Assembly (NCBI GenBank): GCA_963737635.1
Contig: CAVTTL010000001.1
Coordinates: 736,001-800,000 of the forward strand
Direction: 5' to 3'
Length of the DNA: 64,000 nucleotides
Origin: an uncultured Methanoregulaceae archaeon
GTDB taxonomy: Archaea; Halobacteriota; Methanomicrobia; Methanomicrobiales; Methanospirillaceae
The first letter of the stretch is position 1, and every line of letters begins with the position of its first letter. A program made the translations under genes and the position numbers. This document shows positions 33,431-42,949 of the stretch, in pieces. The notes below the pieces were generated by a model. That model was given only the letters and a program-made list of their open reading frames with translations. It was not told the origin of the DNA and did not search any database.

Positions 33431-33713
33431 AAATTTACAGATCGACATCTCCGCCTTGCAGGGAATATGGTGGTTAAAATTCAATACGAATAAGTCCAAA
33501 GTTTTCCGAGGACGAAATGTAAAATCGTATATCTCCATTTTGTCCATCCTTTGAATTCGCAAGTGCAGTAGAGGCAAGAGCGGATTGGCAGCCACTACGA
33601 TGCATAATTCACGAGATACTTGATAAATTCAACTTTTTTGATTAACATTACCGAAAATTAAGCACTATTAATAAAAAATATATGGTAGTGCGAACTATCC
33701 TCTATGATCACAT

Positions 33714-34163
33714 ATGGGTTCATCACGTGATGTCATGCAGACTTTTGCTCAAAAGGAGATCCGTGCGCATTTCAAAGAGTGGGATGGCTGGTCGTGCCGT
33801 GAGGTTCCCTCTCCCTATGTACGCGATATGACCTTCGTCCTTTCCCGGGACGTCAGGGGCAGACCGGAGACGGTGGCTCTTGCGGTTTCTTATGATGAAG
33901 AACCATCAACGCTCGCACTTGAGGCGCTGGTGGTATCCCTGAAGGGGAAGACTGTTAAAGGACAGTTCCTGATTGTCCCGAACGCTGCTGTCGTTTCGGG
34001 AATTCCAAAGACCGTTCAGGTTATCTTTATGGAATCATTCGGGTTTGTCGAAGGGAAACTGATCTGGCTCACCAAGAAAAAGAACGCAAAACATTATCCC
34101 CCGCAGGAAGCGCCGGCTGCATCGGAAACTGCTCCCTCAGTTGCTGAACCTCACGCGGCGTGA
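33714..34163 (+). CDS. Hypothetical protein
   Basis: 149-aa ORF after an AT-rich promoter; ends in a Pro/Ala tail. Confidence 0.7.
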   Translation: MGSSRDVMQTFAQKEIRAHFKEWDGWSCREVPSPYVRDMTFVLSRDVRGRPETVALAVSYDEEPSTLALEALVVSLKGKTVKGQFLIVPNAAVVSGIPKTVQVIFMESFGFVEGKLIWLTKKKNAKHYPPQEAPAASETAPSVAEPHAA

Positions 34164-34639
34164 AACAGGAAGCGTCCGGAAAAGGGGGATTCCTGGTAAT
34201 CCGCCTATCCGTCATCTTTTTTTTCCAAACTAAAGTCCATCCTACGAAATTGTTTTTATGTATATTCACTGTCAAACAACCGGTCGTCCTTTTTCCCGGA
34301 ACCATCAGATCGAAACCCGGATTTTTTTTGAATACTCGGGCACTGATCCCGTGGATTTTCCGGAAATTTCAGGATCCGGGCAGGGATCTTTTTTTGATCC
34401 TTTATGATCTGCGCGGGTTGATTTTTTTCTGCGATTCTACTGACGACCCGCAGGGTAACCATTCTTACTTTTCGCGCGGGCATCCCGGCAAAGGAACCGC
34501 CATTGGCGAACATAACATGATGCTGGCAGGGATCTCCCTGACCCAGTCTCTATTGGGAGACGCGGCTCGCTCCTACCTGAAGTACCCGATTACCCTCAAA
34601 AAAATGCAAAGTCAACTCAGTAAAATTAATTCAAACAAA

Positions 34640-34660
34640 TTAACAAATGATCATAGTTAA
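34640..34660. promoter_or_regulatory. Putative operator TTAAC-N11-GTTAA upstream of the pilin array
   Basis: TTAAC-aaatgatcata-GTTAA with perfect half-sites, next to a TATA-like TTAAATAA. Confidence 0.6.
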
Positions 34661-34748
34661 ATAAAGTCTTTTGAAATATCTATGATGGCATGGTGGTTTG
34701 ATCCCAAGAAATTGATCCACCACTGCACACAAACATTTTCAGAGGAAA

Positions 34749-35462
34749 ATGATGCATTATCTGAAGAAGAGGGTATTACGAAAAAACGGCGAAGAGGCCG
34801 TCTCACCGGTTGTTGGGGTGATGCTGATGCTGGTCGTCACCATCATCATCGCGGCCGTGGTATCCGCATTTGCAGGAAGTACTGTAAGCGGGACTCAGAA
34901 AGCCCCATCAGCTTCCATTGATATTCATGTGAAGAACGGGGGATATAGCTCGAATTCATACTTCTCAATGAAGGTTCAGGGAGTCAGCGATCCGATCCCG
35001 ACGAAAAACCTGGAGTTGATCACCTCGTGGGCGAAAACCGATACGAATCAGGCGGATGGTTCACTGTACGGGCAAGCGTTTCAAGGGGGCAACACATCCA
35101 CAGGAGTAGCCGATGCCTATGTTCCGGGTGACCTGACCGGATCCAGTGGACCGTTTTCCGTACCGACAGGATATGGCACCGGTGTCATGAACTGGTCAAA
35201 CGACACCTATCATACCGTCGAAGCCCAGTGGGGAAATTTTGTCCTTACATCCGGAACATCAACCTATGACGCTCCTATCGCATACGGAACATCCGTGCAG
35301 TACCAATACACTTCACCATCAACCGCATCGGATCCCATGGTGGCCATTCTAGGCCCTAACTGGAACATCCTGAGAGCCGGGGATACCGTTGCGGTACGCA
35401 TCGTGGATGCGAAATCTGGTAAAGTTATCGCTGATCAGAATGTCGTCGTGGAGGGTCCGTGA
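34749..35462 (+). CDS. Archaeal type IV pilin (DUF1628/Pilin_N), long type, array gene 1
   Basis: EEA|VSPVVGVMLMLVVTIIIAAVVSAF; ends WNILRAGDTV...VVVEG. Confidence 0.9.
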   Translation: MMHYLKKRVLRKNGEEAVSPVVGVMLMLVVTIIIAAVVSAFAGSTVSGTQKAPSASIDIHVKNGGYSSNSYFSMKVQGVSDPIPTKNLELITSWAKTDTNQADGSLYGQAFQGGNTSTGVADAYVPGDLTGSSGPFSVPTGYGTGVMNWSNDTYHTVEAQWGNFVLTSGTSTYDAPIAYGTSVQYQYTSPSTASDPMVAILGPNWNILRAGDTVAVRIVDAKSGKVIADQNVVVEGP

Positions 35463-35998
35463 TGCAGAAACAGGAATATGCCGTCTCGCCGGTCGTTGGG
35501 GTGATGCTGATGCTGGTCGTCACCATCATCATTGCGGCCATAGTTTCCGCTTTCGCAGGAGGGGTCGTTAGCGGGACAACCAAACCACCCCAGGCAACCG
35601 TTCAGGCAACGTATAGTCAGTCCACAGGAATGACTATTACCAACAGCGGAGGGGATGCAATCCCTCTGGCATCGACAACGGTCTTGGTAAACCCTACAAA
35701 AGCGTTTGGGTTGAATAACACACGGTTCACGTGGGTAGTAAACAAGTCATATGTCCTCACTGGTTCAGGTCAGACTTGGGCAACTGCCCGGGCATTCCTG
35801 CCGGGCGATACGGCCACGATCACCCAGCAGAACCTGACCTATGTCCAGCAGCGGCCGGATATGGGAGGGGAAAACGATTATACGGACCCGAACATAGGAT
35901 TTGCTAATTCCAACAACCTCGGGCTCACGTTTCAACTCCAGTTCCAAGATTCAAGCGGGAAGACCATAGGGCTGACTACCGTGACGATTGCACGGTAA
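35459..35998 (+). CDS. Archaeal type IV pilin, short type, array gene 2
   Basis: EYA|VSPVVGVMLML; KPPQAT, NSGGD, SGKTI..TTVTI. Confidence 0.9.
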   Translation: MMQKQEYAVSPVVGVMLMLVVTIIIAAIVSAFAGGVVSGTTKPPQATVQATYSQSTGMTITNSGGDAIPLASTTVLVNPTKAFGLNNTRFTWVVNKSYVLTGSGQTWATARAFLPGDTATITQQNLTYVQQRPDMGGENDYTDPNIGFANSNNLGLTFQLQFQDSSGKTIGLTTVTIAR

Positions 35999-36008
35999 GG
36001 AGATATAG

Positions 36009-36794
36009 ATGGTCCAGAATTACCGTGCATGCAGAAACGATTGGGGAGTTTCACCGGTAGTCGGGGTGATGCTGATGCTGGTCGCCACCATCATCATCGC
36101 AGCCGTGGTCTCGGGGTTTACCGGCGGGTTGGTCAACTCGAACAACCAGAAGGCCCCGACGCTCCTCATGGATGTGAAAATAATCAATATGGGGAGCTGG
36201 ACGGGAAGCGGCTTCTTTGCCACCGTTACCGGGGTAAGTGAGCCGATTCCGACAAGCAACCTCAAGATCGTAACCTCGTGGACAACGACAAACAAAATCA
36301 CGGGTGCAACCATCACCGGTGGGAACACTACCCTGCCGGGTAACCCGAATATTAATGTCCTCGGCGACCCGACCGTTCCTCTCTCCGGTTTCTATGCTGC
36401 CCCGTTCGGCACCGGGCCGGGCATCAACGGGACGACAACAGTCGGCGGCTTCGATACGAACCTGACTAGTTTCTCAGGACCCAGGCAGCAGTTTGGGAAC
36501 TATTCCCTGATGACAGGAACCACGATGGTTGCTATGCCCTGCGGCGGAGCTTCCGGCTCTATCGGAGGAACGTTTTCAGGGGGTACTGAACCCAGTGCCG
36601 CCGCTGGATACGGGATTGGGGGATTGTTTGCCTACACCAATTTGATTGGCAGTCCCTATCTCGATCCGATAAGTGCGATTCTCGGCCCCTACTGGGAAAA
36701 CCTGCGGACCGGAGATATCGTAACGGTCAAGGTGATCCATATCCCAACCGGGAAGGTCATCTTCCAGAAAGATGTAAAAGTGACGGAAGGATAA
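36009..36794 (+). CDS. Archaeal type IV pilin, long type, array gene 3
   Basis: DWG|VSPVVGVMLML; GVSEPIPTSNLKIVTSW; ends VTEG. Confidence 0.9.
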   Translation: MVQNYRACRNDWGVSPVVGVMLMLVATIIIAAVVSGFTGGLVNSNNQKAPTLLMDVKIINMGSWTGSGFFATVTGVSEPIPTSNLKIVTSWTTTNKITGATITGGNTTLPGNPNINVLGDPTVPLSGFYAAPFGTGPGINGTTTVGGFDTNLTSFSGPRQQFGNYSLMTGTTMVAMPCGGASGSIGGTFSGGTEPSAAAGYGIGGLFAYTNLIGSPYLDPISAILGPYWENLRTGDIVTVKVIHIPTGKVIFQKDVKVTEG

Positions 36795-36797
36795 GCA

Positions 36798-37415
36798 ATG
36801 AAACAATCTAATAATAATGCAGTCTCGCCGGTGATCGGCGTGATGCTGATGCTGGTCGTGACCATCATCATCGCAGCGGTAGTGAGCGCCTTTGCCGGCG
36901 GAACACTGGGGACCCAGACAAAGACTCCCCAGGCAACGATCAGGGGTATATTCAGCCAGTCGGGAGGGATGCAGATCATCGATACCGGCGGAGATACCCT
37001 CTCCACGGCAAACCTCATGTTTACGGTTTCAAACGACCCCAACTTCGGGCAGGGCCTCTCATCAGCAACAACCCAGATATTACCCAAGTCATTCATTACC
37101 GACATCAACGGGAATGCGATTATGAACAATGATGGAACATCGAACGTAACCGCATTTGGGCCGGGGCAGACGCTGTATATCTCGCAAGCCTCCCTTAATT
37201 GCGGTATAATTCAGCCACAGGTTGCGGATGGCCCCAGCCCCACCTTTTATACCTATAAGTCCGGCACAGGGTGGAGTTATAGCGGAACCAAGTATAACCT
37301 GTGGTCACTGTGCTTTATCAATCCTGCCAATGTCGGAAAAACATTCACCCTTACGATGAGCGACAAGAATTCGGGGGCCGTTCTGGCCAAGACTACCGTT
37401 ACTATCGCTCCATAA
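36798..37415 (+). CDS. Archaeal type IV pilin, short type, array gene 4
   Basis: NNA|VSPVIGVMLML; KTPQAT, TGGD, SGAVL..TTVTI. Confidence 0.9.
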   Translation: MKQSNNNAVSPVIGVMLMLVVTIIIAAVVSAFAGGTLGTQTKTPQATIRGIFSQSGGMQIIDTGGDTLSTANLMFTVSNDPNFGQGLSSATTQILPKSFITDINGNAIMNNDGTSNVTAFGPGQTLYISQASLNCGIIQPQVADGPSPTFYTYKSGTGWSYSGTKYNLWSLCFINPANVGKTFTLTMSDKNSGAVLAKTTVTIAP

Positions 37416-37444
37416 ATTTTTTGGAGGTGTAACGAGGAGGAAAA

Positions 37445-38299
37445 ATGCAGCATCTGAAAAGATTACCGGAAAAAAAGGGCGAAGATGCAGTTTCACCGGT
37501 GGTCGGGGTGATGCTGATGATCGTTATCGTCATAATCATCTCGGCTATTGTGTCGGGTTTTGCCGGAGCATTGGTCTCATCGCAGCAGAAGACCCCAAGC
37601 CTCAGCATGAACGTGAAGATCATCAACATGGGCACCTGGGCCGGAAGCGGTTTCTTTGCCACCGTTACCGGGGTAAGTGAACCGATTCCGACAAGCAAAC
37701 TCAAGATCGTGACATCATGGTCGACGCTCATGTATGGAAGTGGTAATGTTGGACTGCGCCAACTCCCGATAAGCTGCACGACCGCGGTTTTACCTGACGG
37801 TGGAGGCCAGAGTAATATCTTATATCTCGGGAACGCGAGCAATAGTCTCCCTCCCGGCCTCTTTGTTGCGCCGTTTGGTACCGGGCCGGGTGTCAACGGG
37901 ACAGCAGAGACCCTCGGGGGTGTCGATACAAACTTGACGTCATTTTCAGGGGCCGGGCAGCAGTTCGGGAATTATACTCTGGTACAGGGAACTACTCTAA
38001 CGGCTACACCCTGCGGGGCGAATGGTTTTAACGTTATCGGAGGTAGAGGAGGAAACAACGGTAAGGCTGGATATATTGGATCGTCAGTGGGGGAAGATGA
38101 CTGGGCCTACTCAGATGAGATGAGTAGTGGGTGTTATTACAAGACTACATGTGGTTCAAAATATATCGATCCGATCACAGCAGTTCTTGGCTCCAAGTGG
38201 GAAACCCTGAAGTGGGGGGATACGGTAAATGTCAAGGTGATCTACCTCCCGACCGGGGCAGTGATCTTCAACCAGAATGTGCCCGTGACGGAGGGATAA
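37445..38299 (+). CDS. Archaeal type IV pilin, long type, array gene 5
   Basis: EDA|VSPVVGVMLMI; GVSEPIPTSKLKIVTSW; ends VTEG. Confidence 0.9.
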   Translation: MQHLKRLPEKKGEDAVSPVVGVMLMIVIVIIISAIVSGFAGALVSSQQKTPSLSMNVKIINMGTWAGSGFFATVTGVSEPIPTSKLKIVTSWSTLMYGSGNVGLRQLPISCTTAVLPDGGGQSNILYLGNASNSLPPGLFVAPFGTGPGVNGTAETLGGVDTNLTSFSGAGQQFGNYTLVQGTTLTATPCGANGFNVIGGRGGNNGKAGYIGSSVGEDDWAYSDEMSSGCYYKTTCGSKYIDPITAVLGSKWETLKWGDTVNVKVIYLPTGAVIFNQNVPVTEG

Positions 38300-38302
38300 G
38301 AA

Positions 38303-39139
38303 ATGAAATTATCCAATAACAATGCAGTCTCGCCAGTGATCGGCGTAATGCTGATGCTGATCGTAACTATCATCATCGCAGCCGTGGTTTCGGGATTTGG
38401 CGGGAGTTTGATCGGGACGACCCAGAAGGCCCCTACCCTCACCATGGATGTGAACATAATCAACATGGGCAGCTGGACCGGGAGCGGGTTCTATGCTAAC
38501 GTCAGGACGGTAAGTCAACCAATTCCGACCAGTAACATAAAGATTGTCACATCCTGGACGGCAACGAACGGAGGGAATCCGGTATCTGGTGGAAACACGA
38601 TAGTCCCTAACGTGGTGAATACATTCTATTGGGTTGATCCACAACACTCAAGTTTTGGACAAAAAGCGGAAAGTGATGTATTTGCACCGTTTGGGAACGG
38701 GCCGGGGATTAACGGTAGTACTACGTTTGGGGGTGAGGATACGAACGCGAACATTTTCTCTAAAACTGACCAAATGTTCGGGAATTATACGCTGGTACCA
38801 GGGACTTCCATGAACGCCCCGGCAGCAGGAGCGGCAACCCCAAAAATTATCGGAGGTACATGGCACTGCAGCCCCACGGGCTGCAGCTCCACGCAACAGA
38901 ATGGTGGTGTCGCAGGACAAGGAATCAATGGAGATCCGAGCGGTACGGCTGGTTACGGTGTCTACGGGCTGTATAGTTATACAAGTCAGATGATCGATCC
39001 CGTAACCGCAGTTCTCGGTGCCAACTGGAATCTCCTGAGAGCCGGGGATAAGGTAAACGTCAAGATTATCTATATCCCGACAGGCAGTGTGATCTTCAAC
39101 AAGGATGTAACGGTAACGGAGGGATCCACCTCCACCTAA
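38303..39139 (+). CDS. Archaeal type IV pilin, long type, array gene 6
   Basis: NNA|VSPVIGVMLML; PIPTSNIKIVTSW; ends VTEGSTST. Confidence 0.9.
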   Translation: MKLSNNNAVSPVIGVMLMLIVTIIIAAVVSGFGGSLIGTTQKAPTLTMDVNIINMGSWTGSGFYANVRTVSQPIPTSNIKIVTSWTATNGGNPVSGGNTIVPNVVNTFYWVDPQHSSFGQKAESDVFAPFGNGPGINGSTTFGGEDTNANIFSKTDQMFGNYTLVPGTSMNAPAAGAATPKIIGGTWHCSPTGCSSTQQNGGVAGQGINGDPSGTAGYGVYGLYSYTSQMIDPVTAVLGANWNLLRAGDKVNVKIIYIPTGSVIFNKDVTVTEGSTST

Positions 39140-39345
39140 TCCCCGCCTTTTCCAACGTTTACCGGCCGCGGCAGATCCTATATTTCCGGCCGGTTCATCT
39201 TGACTGCGGAAAGGAAGGGGAATGCGTACGGCGGAGAGATCCCTGCTATTTTTGCCCAAATCCGGATCATTCTATCATCCCCGGGAGCCGCACGCGTATA
39301 CCGGTTGTACTGAAGGCAATTGCACATCGTTGAAGGAAGATTTCT

Positions 39346-41210
39346 TTGTTTGAAAGAAATGGCCGGCTGGTAAAATACTGGTCCGAGATTACCCTTGCGG
39401 GGATCGTTGCTCTTGCTGCGTTTCTCAATCTCTGGAACCTCTGGAACCAGAGTTTCTCGGTTCCCTATTATGCCGCAGCTGTCCGGAGTATGCTCTCCAA
39501 TCCCGGGATTGCATTCTTCAACTCCTTTGACTCCGTTGGTTTTGTGACGGTGGATAAACCCCCTCTGGGGATATGGGCCCAGGCTGCAAGTGCCGCAATG
39601 TTCGGGTTTAACAGCTGGTCGGTGACGCTTCCCCAGGCCCTTGCCAGCGTATGCTCGGTTATTCTGATCTACTTCATCGTCAGGCGACCGTTCGGGAAGG
39701 CCGCAGGCCTCATTGCAGCATTCGTTCTGGCTACCACGCCCATCTTCGTCAACACGGCACGGGATGGCACCATGGACACCCAGATGATTTTTGTCATTCT
39801 TCTTGCCCTCTGGGTGGCCCTCAAAGCGGCACGCAAGCAGTCCCTGTGGATGCTCCTTCTTTCTTTTGCGCTCGTCGGGATCGGATTTAACATAAAGATG
39901 ATCCAGGCGTATGTGGTGCTGCCGGCCCTTATCGTCATCTATCTTTTCGGAACGAACTTCCCCACCCATCAGAAGATGATTCACCTTGCCCTCGCTCTCC
40001 TCGTGCTTGCCGCTGTTTCGCTCTCGTGGGCATTAGCGGTTGATGCCATACCCGCTGATCAGCGCCCCTATATTGGCACGAGCGGGGACAATTCCGTCAT
40101 CGGGTTGATCCTGGGCCACAACAGTGAAGAGGCATTTCTGCTCAAAAACACTGTCGATTCCTCTGGTGGCCCGGGTCTGTTCCTGCTCTTCACACATGCT
40201 GACGTAAGCCTCCAGATCAGACTGGCTGTTGCCGCTGGCCCTCATTGGCCTTTTGGCATGGTGGCGCCGGCCAGAAGCCCTCTCTTTTATGGGTCTCCGG
40301 AAGCTCGGTCTCTTCTCGGAAAAAGGTCTCACCTTTTTGGCGTTCTGTCTGTGGCTGATGCCGGGGCTGATCTATTTCAGTTTCACCTTAGGGTACTGGG
40401 AGAACTACTATTTTGCAACCATTGCGCCACCGCTTGCGGGACTTGTCGGGATTGGTGTAGTATCGATGTACCATGAGTATACGAGCGAGCGGAACACGTG
40501 CTGGGTGCTGGTAGCCTGCAGTTGTTGTGACCGGCCTTATGCAGGCCTGGTTTCTTTCTACTTTTGTATATTTTCTGTGTAGCTTTGTATGCTACAACCC
40601 CATGGGGTACGGTTCCCTTTTTGTCTTCGAGCTGGCAGGGAGTATGGGATGTGCCGCCCTTCTCATCTGGCTGCGGGTAAAAAACCTGCAGGGTACCAAC
40701 CGGTACGCGTTTCCAGTGGCCTGCGTGGCAGTGGCTGCTCTCTTTCTTGCTCCCGTAGCATGGTCATGCCTCCCGTTTGAAACAGGTTCTTCAGCAGATA
40801 TTCCAGGAGGATACAACGCCACTTCATTAACCGCTCCCTTCGCCGGTTTCCTGCTCTCCCATGCGGGAAATACCACCTTCCTTGTTGCGGTTTCTGACAG
40901 TAACATAGCAAGCCCTCTGATTATCGCAACCGGAAAGCCAGTCATGGCTCTGGGGGGCTTTTTTGGGACGGATCAGATCCTTTCAGCAGGGCAAATGCCC
41001 GGCCTAATCCATAACGGAACCGTGCGGTACATTCTTGTCTTTTCCGAAAACCAGTCCGGGGATTACCGGGGAGTCGGGTACGGCGAGAACAATGCGATCT
41101 ATACCTGGGTGGAAGGACATTGTGCGGCAGTCCCTGAACAAGAATGGATTAAAAGCAATGTTTACTTCTGGCGTCAATATGGACTGTACGATTGCGCGGG
41201 AGTCCCGTGA
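39346..41210 (+). CDS. GT39/PMT-like membrane glycosyltransferase, split by two indels (40221, 40515)
   Basis: YYAAAVRSM, VDKPPLG.W, GFNIKMIQA, TGKPVMALGGFFGTD; three ORFs join after removing one base at each AGCT site. Confidence 0.83.
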
Positions 41211-41299
41211 GGATTCGTAAGGCTTTACGGTAACAATACGTGGGTCCCGGTAGCTGATTGTTGCGCTTAATAGTGACGGATCACCAAAAATCCGACAAA

Positions 41300-41751
41300 T
41301 TTGACAAATCTTCCAGCCCGTCCATACCGATAAACAAGGACCAGACTGTACCGTTGCGACAGGGGATCCCCCGAATACCAATTGTTTCCTTCAGTGACCG
41401 CCGATATAGGTCTCACCCACTTCAACGGTTCCGGAGAAAATCTCCAGAATGTCTTTTGTCATCACCATTCGAAGCTTGGTTAATGCTCTGAGAACATGTC
41501 GCTGCTCGAATCCTGTCTGTTCGACGATTGAATTCGAGCTTTGTTCTAGGAGAAATAGGTGGATGATCTCCTTCCATTCATCTCGTGAAAATGTTAATGG
41601 TAATTTGTGTGGGGTGAATTCATACCGGCATCGCGTACAACGTCTTTTCCATTCTGCAGTTTGTGTAATTTTTTTGAATTGCATCCTGGATATGCAATTT
41701 TTGCCATTTCTAACTCCGTAAATCTTTCTTTGATCTAGGGGTTAAAATAGC
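41300..41751 (-). mobile_element. IS1595-family transposase remnant
   Basis: RRCTRCRYEF zinc finger; FSGTVEVGETYIGG (decayed VEVDETY) then a stop and KQLVFG; boundaries approximate. Confidence 0.7.
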
Positions 41752-41820
41752 ATATTACCCTGAATATAATTCAAGAATCATTCCAAAAGTGTTAACTACT
41801 AGAATGTCGATAAGAAACAA

Positions 41821-41852
41821 TTAACAAAATACAATTGTTAACTAATTGTTAA
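41821..41852. promoter_or_regulatory. Putative operator TTAAC-N11-GTTAA plus an extra half-site
   Basis: TTAAC-aaaatacaatt-GTTAA (41821-41841) and a second GTTAA 11 nt further on (41848-41852). Confidence 0.6.
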
Positions 41853-41868
41853 ATATGGAGATTGACGC

Positions 41869-42333
41869 ATGAGAAAAAGTACTGCGATTATTCTGGCCTT
41901 TCTGGCTTGTATCCTCGTTATGGCAGCAGGCTGTGCAGGCATGTCCAGTACCGCCACCCCGACTGCCATGGCAACAGCGGTAACACCCGCTGCTGCTATA
42001 TCAGACCTCTGGTCCGGGACCTGGAATACCGCGGGGAGTACAACGATTGCCTACCAGACATCGGGAGTTCTCACCCTTACCCAGACCGGCTCATCGGTGA
42101 CCGGGACCTATAGCAACAACGACCAGGGCAACGGTACACTAAGCGGCACCGTTACCGGAAACCAACTTGCCGGCACATGGACCACGAATTACCCTCTCAA
42201 CGCCGATTCCGGGTCGTTTGTATTTGTGCTGTCCGATAACAAAAACTCGTTCACCGGCCGGTGGGTTTCCGTCTCCGATACGGCACATACCCTCAATACT
42301 ACTCCGGAAGTCTGGGATGGGAAGAGGGGGTGA
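41869..42333 (+). CDS. Secreted lipoprotein with predicted small beta-barrel domain
   Basis: MAAGC lipobox; WSGTWNT, VTGTY, LAGTW, FTGRW, WDG.R. Confidence 0.8.
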   Translation: MRKSTAIILAFLACILVMAAGCAGMSSTATPTAMATAVTPAAAISDLWSGTWNTAGSTTIAYQTSGVLTLTQTGSSVTGTYSNNDQGNGTLSGTVTGNQLAGTWTTNYPLNADSGSFVFVLSDNKNSFTGRWVSVSDTAHTLNTTPEVWDGKRG

Positions 42334-42476
42334 TCATGACCGCGAACGAAAAGAACTGAATACGGCGGGGTGTTTTTCCGCATGAGAAACGATGAGGAGA
42401 GCATCTCGGACAAGAACGGAAAGGATTGAATACGGCGGGGTTTTTCCCTGTCGTTAGAAAAGGTGAGGAGATCACT

Positions 42477-42947
42477 ATGAACGAGAACGAAAGAAACACC
42501 AAAGGATCGGGACCCGGTATTCGAATGCTGGGCATTCTTGCGATCCTCGGTTTCTGTTTAATTGCACTGGTTCCCGTTGTTGCGGCAACTGCGGTGACAC
42601 CCACCGCTACTGCATCGGACCCCTGGTCTGGGACCTGGAACACTGCGGGGAGTACAACAAATGCCGACCAGACTCTTGGAGTACTTACCCTTACCCGGAC
42701 CGGCTCATCGGTGACCGGGACCTATAGCAACGGTGACAACGGCAAAGGTACGATCAGCGGCACCATTACCGGAAACCGGCTTACCGGCACATGGACCACG
42801 AATTATGGCACCGCATCTGATACCGGGTCATTTGTATTTGTGCTGTCCAACGATAAAAAATCGTTTACCGGCCGGTGGGTTTCCATCTCCGATACGACGC
42901 ATACCCTCGATACTACTCCGGAACAATGGGACGGAGTGAGGAGATAA
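42477..42947 (+). CDS. Secreted paralog of 41869-42333
   Basis: Signal peptide ending PVVAA; mature domain very similar to the upstream gene. Confidence 0.8.
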   Translation: MNENERNTKGSGPGIRMLGILAILGFCLIALVPVVAATAVTPTATASDPWSGTWNTAGSTTNADQTLGVLTLTRTGSSVTGTYSNGDNGKGTISGTITGNRLTGTWTTNYGTASDTGSFVFVLSNDKKSFTGRWVSISDTTHTLDTTPEQWDGVRR

Positions 42948-42949
42948 CC

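Noticed and set aside
34164-34620. 166-aa ORF or riboswitch in the long region before the pilins
   Set aside because: ORF is low-complexity and T-run rich; short hairpins exist but no recognisable riboswitch consensus
34749-39139. Diversity-generating retroelement or invertase shufflon acting on the pilins
   Set aside because: No reverse transcriptase, recombinase, adenine-specific TR/VR pair or inverted cassettes in the window
34749-39139. CRISPR array
   Set aside because: The repeats are coding pilin N-termini 500-900 nt apart; no cas genes
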